A DNA stretch of 64,000 nt from the NCBI GenBank assembly GCA_963832855.1, contig CAWHVT010000002.1:476378-540377 (forward strand), written 5' to 3'. The DNA is from an uncultured Acidobacteriaceae bacterium (GTDB taxonomy: Bacteria; Acidobacteriota; Terriglobia; Terriglobales; Acidobacteriaceae). The translations under genes were made by a program, and so were the position numbers. This document shows positions 59,787 to 64,000 of this stretch, one piece after another. Every line of letters begins with the position of its first letter. Positions within the stretch are counted from its first letter, which is position 1. Under the pieces are notes generated by a model that worked only from the letters and a program-made list of their open reading frames with translations, made no database searches and was not told where the DNA came from.

Positions 59787-59839
59787 TGAAAGAGTGAAAG
59801 AGTGAAAGAGCGAAAGAGTGAAGAAGTGAAAAAAGTGAA
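59787..59839. repeat. Octamer tandem repeat (TGAAAGAG)n
   Basis: About 6.5 units immediately after the mutS stop. Confidence 0.85.
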
Positions 59840-59875
59840 TCAGCGGCGAAAACTGTAGGGGAGAAAAAAGCGGCA

Positions 59876-60976
59876 ATGGCTAGGACGCTTCGCGAAGCGG
59901 CGGGAAGTTTGCTCGTGGTCGGGCTCGAGGGATTGGAGCTGATTGCGCTGGAGCGCGCGTGGCTGAAACTGCTGCGGCCGTCGGGGATTATTCTGTTTCG
60001 CCGCAACATCGAGAATGCGAAACAGACGCGGGCGCTGCTTAGCGAGGCGACGCAGTTCTGCGCGCCGCATTGCGCACGGTTCGTGGATGTGGAGGGCGGA
60101 ACGGTGGACCGGCTGCGAGACGCGCTCACGCCGATGGCGCCGGTGGAGGCCGTGGCACGGGCCGCGCGAGCGAGGGGGCACAGCGCAATCGCGCGCGAGC
60201 ACGGAGAGTTAATAGCGCGGGCAGTGAAGGCATTCGGGTTCAACTCGCCGCTGGCGCCCGTGTTCGACCTTGGGCTGCCCGCGTCGCAAAAGGTTCTGGG
60301 GACGCGGTGTGCAGGTGCGACTGCGGCGGAGGTCGTTGCGTACGCGCGACCGTTTCTTGCTGGATTGGCGGCGCAAGGCGCGGCGGGATGCGGGAAGCAT
60401 TTTCCGGGCCTGGGAGGTGGAACGCTCGATTCGCACCTGGAGACGCCGAAGATTCGCCGTTCATGGCAGAAGTTGTGGCAGGAGGATCTGGAGCCTTACC
60501 GCGCGCTGGGCCGCGAATTGCCGATGGTGATGGTGAGCCACGCAGCGTATCCGCTGACGAAGGATACGAAGCGGCCGGCGAGCGTGTCGAGTTTCTGGGT
60601 CGGCGATGTACTTAGAAAACGCATCGGCTATCGCGGCATGGTTCTGTCGGACGATCTGGAGATGGGCGGCGTGACGAACTTCTTGCCGATGGGCGAGGCG
60701 GGAGTTGAGGCCGTGCGCGTGGGCTCCGATCTTCTGCTGATCTGCCACCATGCGGAACCGATTCTGGACGTTTATGAGGCGCTCATTCGCGAAGGCGAGC
60801 GGTCGGCGGCGTTTGGCAGGCTGTTGCAAGCGCGGACGCGCGAGTCAGAGCGAAAGCGGGCGAAGGTGTTTCGCGCGGGAATGCCGGCGGCGCTGAGCAA
60901 ATCGCAATTCGAGGCGCTGCGCGCGAGGATTCAGAAATTCGGCGAGACGGTGGGACAGGCGGAGCTGGCTCGATGA
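59876..60976 (+). CDS. nagZ: GH3 beta-N-acetylhexosaminidase (NagZ-like)
   Basis: GIILFRRN, VDVEGGTVDRL, KHFPGLG, DSH loop, SDDLEMG. Confidence 0.8.
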   Translation: MARTLREAAGSLLVVGLEGLELIALERAWLKLLRPSGIILFRRNIENAKQTRALLSEATQFCAPHCARFVDVEGGTVDRLRDALTPMAPVEAVARAARARGHSAIAREHGELIARAVKAFGFNSPLAPVFDLGLPASQKVLGTRCAGATAAEVVAYARPFLAGLAAQGAAGCGKHFPGLGGGTLDSHLETPKIRRSWQKLWQEDLEPYRALGRELPMVMVSHAAYPLTKDTKRPASVSSFWVGDVLRKRIGYRGMVLSDDLEMGGVTNFLPMGEAGVEAVRVGSDLLLICHHAEPILDVYEALIREGERSAAFGRLLQARTRESERKRAKVFRAGMPAALSKSQFEALRARIQKFGETVGQAELAR

Positions 60977-62508
60977 GAGCGCGGGCAATGCTGGCGGCGG
61001 TGGTCTTGCTGGCGGGGTGCAGCGGGATCGCGGGGTGCGGGGCAGCGCAACGCGATCCGAAGACCGTGGTGTTCCTCATCCAGAACTCACCCGCGAGCCT
61101 AGATCCGAGGGTGGGAACCGATGAAGCCTCGGAGCACATCGATGAATTGCTGTTCGACGGACTGGTGCAGAAGAACGCACAATTTCAATTTAAGCCGGCG
61201 CTGGCGACGTCGTGGGAGCAGCCCGATCCGCGCACGGTCATCTTTCACTTGCGCAGCGGCGTCAAGTTCAGCGATGGACGCGCGCTGACGGCGAGGGATG
61301 TGAAGTGGACCATCGACTCGATGAAAACGGGCGCAGTGATCAGCTCGAAGGCGGCGTCGTATACGTCCGTTGACTGGGTCGAGGCGCGCGACCCGCTGAT
61401 GGTGGTTTTTCATCTGAAGCACGCGGACAATTTTCTGTTCACGAATCTGGCGACAGATGCAATGGGGATTGTCCCGGAGGGCAGCGGGCGAGATTTCTGG
61501 CGGAATCCAGTTGGGACAGGGCCATTCCAATTCGTGAGCCAGAGGATCGATCAGGATGTGTTGATCGAGCGCAATCCAATGAGCTGGGCCGGCGAGCCGA
61601 AGATCGAGCGCGTACGATTTGCCGTGGTGCCGGACGCGATTACGCAGTCGCTGGAGCTGGAGAAAGGGTCGGCCGACGTAGAGGTCAATTCCCTTCCCAT
61701 GGATTCGATCTCTGTGCTGGCCAGCCGGGCCAACCTTGAAGTGAGCGCCATGCCGGGGACGGAGGTTCAATACCTGGCGTTTAACACGCGCGACCCGGTT
61801 TTAAAGGATGCGCGCGTGCGGCAGGCGATTGCCTGCGCCATCGACCGCAGTCTGATCATCGCCACGCTGTACCACGACCATGCGCGGCCCGCGTTGAGCT
61901 TGCTGCCGCCGAATCACTGGGCGTGGACCGGCGACGTGGAGCGGTACGATTTCGATCCCGCGCGGGCGGAGCGATTGCTCGACGAAGCCGGCTATCCGCG
62001 CGATGCCAATGGGGTAAGACTGCATCTGGCCATCAAGACAAGCACCGACGAGCGCGCGCGGCTGCTGGCGGCTGTGTTGCAGCAACAACTGGGACGCGTG
62101 GGCATCGCACTCGACATACGGAGCAATGAGTTTGCGACGTTTTATGCGGACGCGGTGCGCGGCGCCTTCCAGATGTATTCGCTCTATTGGATTGGCGGCA
62201 ACGAGCAGCCGGACATTTTCAGTCTGGTGTTTTCGTCGGCGCGCTTTCCTCCGAACGGCGCGAACCGCGGGCGTTATTCAAATCCGGAGCTTGACGCGCT
62301 GCTTAGCGATGCGGGCCAGAGCCCGGACATGGCCGAGCGCCGCGCGGATTATGTGAAGGCGCAACAGATTCTGGCGCGCGATCTGCCTTCGGTCAACCTT
62401 TGGTATCTGGACACCCTCGTAGTACACAACCGGCGGCTGACGAACGTAGTGCCCTCGCCGTCGGGCAGTTATACCTTTTTGGAAACGGCGGAGCTCAGGC
62501 CCGACTGA
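60973..62508 (+). CDS. ABC transporter peptide-binding lipoprotein (SBP family 5)
   Basis: LLAGC lipobox, LDPR, FHLRSGVKFSDG, GTGPF, VRQAIA. Confidence 0.9.
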   Translation: MRARAMLAAVVLLAGCSGIAGCGAAQRDPKTVVFLIQNSPASLDPRVGTDEASEHIDELLFDGLVQKNAQFQFKPALATSWEQPDPRTVIFHLRSGVKFSDGRALTARDVKWTIDSMKTGAVISSKAASYTSVDWVEARDPLMVVFHLKHADNFLFTNLATDAMGIVPEGSGRDFWRNPVGTGPFQFVSQRIDQDVLIERNPMSWAGEPKIERVRFAVVPDAITQSLELEKGSADVEVNSLPMDSISVLASRANLEVSAMPGTEVQYLAFNTRDPVLKDARVRQAIACAIDRSLIIATLYHDHARPALSLLPPNHWAWTGDVERYDFDPARAERLLDEAGYPRDANGVRLHLAIKTSTDERARLLAAVLQQQLGRVGIALDIRSNEFATFYADAVRGAFQMYSLYWIGGNEQPDIFSLVFSSARFPPNGANRGRYSNPELDALLSDAGQSPDMAERRADYVKAQQILARDLPSVNLWYLDTLVVHNRRLTNVVPSPSGSYTFLETAELRPD

Positions 62509-62655
62509 TTCGGGACGGCGAAGCTCTGGCGGCTCCACGCGACCGGGATTTTTCCACGCGACGCTCTGCTACCATGGAATCGACTGCATTTCTAACGGCC
62601 TCGCTCACTCGCAGCATCTGAAGAGCGGCCGAAGCCAAACCAAAGGAGAATTTGT

Positions 62656-63705
62656 ATGCCTCTCGTTTCAATGCGGCAGCTCCTCGATGAAGCTGCGAAG
62701 GGCGGATATGGCGTCGGCGCATTCAACGTCAACGACATGGAGCAGATTCAAGCCATTATGATGGCGGCCAGGCAGACCAAGTCGCCGGTGATCGTGCAGG
62801 CGAGCCGCGGCGCGCGGGCGTTTGCCGAGGACCTTTACCTGTTCAAGCTGATTCAGGCGGCGGCAGAGCTGAACCCGGATATTCCCATCGCCATGCACCA
62901 GGATCACGGCAACAGCTTTGAGACCTGCAAAAGCGCCATCGCGCTGGGCTACACGAGCGTGATGATGGACGGATCGCTGCTGGAGGATGGCAAGACGCCG
63001 TCGACGTTCGAGCAAAATGTGGATGTGACGCGGCGCGTGGTGGACTATGCGCACGAGCGCGGCGTGACGGTGGAGGGCGAGATTGGCGTGCTGGGCGGCA
63101 TTGAAGACGGCCACGGCGCGGGCGGCACGGGACTCGAGCATGTGACCGATCCCGATCAGGCAGTGGAGTTCGCGGAACGCACCGGCGTGGATGCCCTGGC
63201 CATTGCCATCGGCACCAGCCACGGCGCGTACAAATTTTCGAAGAAGCCCGACGGCAGCGTGCTGAAGATGGGCCTTCTCATCAAGATTCACGGGCGCCTG
63301 CCGCACACGCACCTGGTGATGCACGGCAGCTCGTCGGTGCCCAAGGACCTGCAGGACATCATCAATCAATATGGCGGCAAGCTGAAGCCCACGTGGGGCG
63401 TACCGGTGGAGGAGATTCAGCTCGGCATCCGCAACGGCGTGCGCAAGGTCAACGTGGATACCGACAACCGCCTGGCCATGACCGGCGCCATTCGCAAGGT
63501 GCTGTGGGAGTCGCCGGAAAAGTTCGATCCGCGCGATTACCTGAAGCCGGCGCGCGAGGCGATGGCGAAGGTGGTGGCGCAGCGCATGACGCAGTTTGGG
63601 CAGGCCGGGCACGCAGGCGACTACGCGCCGATTCCGATCACCGAGATGGCCAAGGGCTACGCCAACGGCACGCTGGACACGCGGCCTTCGCTGACGGCGA
63701 AGTAG
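62656..63705 (+). CDS. fba: Fructose-bisphosphate aldolase class II
   Basis: [48 protein letters not shown]. Confidence 0.97.
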   Translation: MPLVSMRQLLDEAAKGGYGVGAFNVNDMEQIQAIMMAARQTKSPVIVQASRGARAFAEDLYLFKLIQAAAELNPDIPIAMHQDHGNSFETCKSAIALGYTSVMMDGSLLEDGKTPSTFEQNVDVTRRVVDYAHERGVTVEGEIGVLGGIEDGHGAGGTGLEHVTDPDQAVEFAERTGVDALAIAIGTSHGAYKFSKKPDGSVLKMGLLIKIHGRLPHTHLVMHGSSSVPKDLQDIINQYGGKLKPTWGVPVEEIQLGIRNGVRKVNVDTDNRLAMTGAIRKVLWESPEKFDPRDYLKPAREAMAKVVAQRMTQFGQAGHAGDYAPIPITEMAKGYANGTLDTRPSLTAK

Positions 63706-63737
63706 CCTGTTTGGTGACAGATGCAGGACAAAGCAAA

Positions 63738-63771
63738 TGCGCCACTTCCGCAATGGGAGTGGCGCACTTTT
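63738..63771 (+). terminator. Intrinsic terminator after fba
   Basis: TGCGCCACTTCC-GCAAT-GGGAGTGGCGCA then CTTTT. Confidence 0.75.
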
Positions 63772-63855
63772 GTCGAACGCCGCAATAAGTCTATGAAATA
63801 GATTTGCGCTCGAACGGTGGTCCAGCCGCCGCTCCCTTCCGAAACGGCGCCGTCG

Positions 63856-64000
63856 TCAAAGGCCCAGATTTTCCTCGGTGTAATCCTTGCCGTCGATCTT
63901 CATCGGGATGGGCTTAACGTCGCGCGGCATAACAACCGTCCTCTCCACTTGATTCTGCGTTTCCATGGCCTGCTGCACGCCGAAGGTCATGGCGATCTCG
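63856..64000 (-). CDS. 3' end of an unidentified gene running off the window
   Basis: Manual translation ...EIAMTFGVQQAMETQNQVERTVVMPRDVKPIPMKIDGKDYTEENLGL*. Confidence 0.55.
   Translation of the reverse strand, partial: EIAMTFGVQQAMETQNQVERTVVMPRDVKPIPMKIDGKDYTEENLGL

Overview
GC-rich bacterial chromosomal window. Gene content (Oar-like TonB receptor, hpnJ/hpnK/hpnE, bshA, chdC/hemQ, many secreted hypotheticals) suggests Acidobacteriota, which is an inference. Most of it is housekeeping or metabolic: pyrD, glgP, ispG, queF, hopanoid genes, purU, ino1, nth, the hemX-like/hemA/hemC/hemD operon, mutS, a nagZ-like gene, fba, and several ABC/RND export genes. The main accessory feature is a ~7.7 kb element integrated in tRNA-Val(TAC), bounded by a 47-bp att duplication (29969-30015 / 37716-37762). 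Its layout resembles a SaPI/PICI: a tyrosine integrase with an inserted C4 zinc ribbon, a CGNR-type Zn-finger gene divergent from an Xis/AlpA HTH gene, a Toprim-AAA primase-helicase, an iteron-rich ori, a coupled small-gene operon and a DUF5681 TerS-like gene, with no capsid or TerL gene. Inside that operon, five tandem hairpins have stem mismatches that are all G.U pairs on the minus strand and carry complementary loops, making a candidate structured RNA. Other notable items are an orphan Hcp with a Sec-type signal peptide, a CSS-type EAL protein with a degenerate DDFGTG motif, paired CRP/FNR-like boxes before the heme operon, a frameshifted O-methyltransferase, a four-helix-bundle gene remnant and many intergenic 6-8-nt tandem repeats. 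All calls are by eye from sequence motifs; no searches were run.
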